A DNA stretch of 59,837 nucleotides, counting the filler. It is 4 parts of 4 records of this genome, joined end to end, with 100 filler letters (N's around TTAATTAATTAA, not from the genome) between each part and the next. Parts side by side here need not be neighbours in the genome. Positions count along the whole stretch, not along the records: positions 52,092 to 59,837 come from SRR31156797_4173; 3 more parts are not named here. One strand, written 5' to 3'. The notes under the pieces are model-generated. The model did not search any database and was not told the DNA's origin. It saw only the letters and a list, made by a program, of their open reading frames with translations. Made by a program: the position numbers and the translations under genes. Within the stretch, counting starts at the first letter, position 1, and the number at the start of each line of letters is the position of its first letter. Positions 59,244 through 59,837 of this stretch are shown here, piece after piece.

Positions 59244-59837
59244 ATGCGATTTTTGACTTTTTTTCTGATCACATCATTATCACTTTCTATCCTTATTTCA
59301 TGTGACAATGGTGGTGATGACAACATTTACGGAGAAACATCCGATTACGTTTATGAAGAACCGGATACAGCAAATGATAACTATCAGGTCAGACCTGACA
59401 AAAACGATAATAACGTCGTAACTCCGGATGAGGATATTGAAATAAATGATTCTGATTCAGACGCAGAAACTCCTGACGAAACTGTCGATCCAACTGACGG
59501 CATGTCATTTATACCTGCTGGAAAAGCCTGGGTCGGATGCAATGAGAACCAGCAAAGTGATTGCCCCGCAGCAGAACTTCCCTATCACGAAATAATAACT
59601 AAAGGGTATTATATTGATAAATACGAGGTAACGGTGAAAGATTTTGCAAAGTGCGTTGCAGCTGATGCCTGTGGAGCGGAAGGAACGGCCTATGAAACAG
59701 TTGTGGGAAATCCTTTCTGTAACATGGATAATAGCAAACTGAATCACCCTATGAACTGTGTAAGTCTTTTTGGAGCGAATGCATACTGTGAATGGGCAGG
59801 AAAAAGACTTCCTTCTGAAGCTGAATGGGAAAAAGCA
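59244..59837 (+). CDS. Lipoprotein with formylglycine-generating enzyme (FGE/SUMF1)-like domain, truncated by window end
   Basis: Not in the ORF track; read manually: GGAGG RBS, MRFLTFF...LISC lipobox, Asp-rich linker, [36 protein letters not shown]. Confidence 0.88.
   Translation, partial: MRFLTFFLITSLSLSILISCDNGGDDNIYGETSDYVYEEPDTANDNYQVRPDKNDNNVVTPDEDIEINDSDSDAETPDETVDPTDGMSFIPAGKAWVGCNENQQSDCPAAELPYHEIITKGYYIDKYEVTVKDFAKCVAADACGAEGTAYETVVGNPFCNMDNSKLNHPMNCVSLFGANAYCEWAGKRLPSEAEWEKA

Noticed and set aside
1-59837. CRISPR array, cas genes, rRNA, IS transposases, reverse transcriptase
   Set aside because: No regularly spaced repeat-spacer array or diagnostic motifs were seen by eye.

Overview
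The window is not one locus. It is four unrelated contigs joined by 100-bp artificial linkers (N-run, TTAATTAATTAA, N-run) at 5170-5269, 24031-24130 and 51992-52091. Contig 1 (1-5169) is very AT-rich, resembles Arcobacter/Campylobacterota (inference), and carries ordinary regulator, transporter and MOSC genes. Contig 2 (5270-24030) is an apparently complete ~18.75 kb tRNA-Asp-targeting integrative element, probably from Desulfobacterota (inference). Its backbone is a tyrosine integrase, arm-type repeats, an AlpA/Xis-like HTH, a primase-helicase and an iteron-like origin. Its cargo is a co-oriented putative defence cluster (HTH, Vsr, C5 methylase, MORC-like GHKL/histidine kinase, receiver-domain protein, Ser/Thr kinase-ATPase fusion) with no recognisable restriction nuclease. 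It also carries a pentapeptide-repeat gene followed by a candidate structured RNA and a small membrane peptide. Contig 3 (24131-51991) is Bacteroidota: housekeeping and T9SS-cargo genes, a dnaX split at an A11 slippery run, an SdpR/SdpI operon and a large beta-trefoil protein. Contig 4 (52092-59837) is an unassigned bacterium with UbiA, M14 peptidase, MFS and FGE-domain genes. The best candidates for undescribed systems are the two cargo modules of contig 2. All assignments come from motif recognition by eye; no database searches were run.
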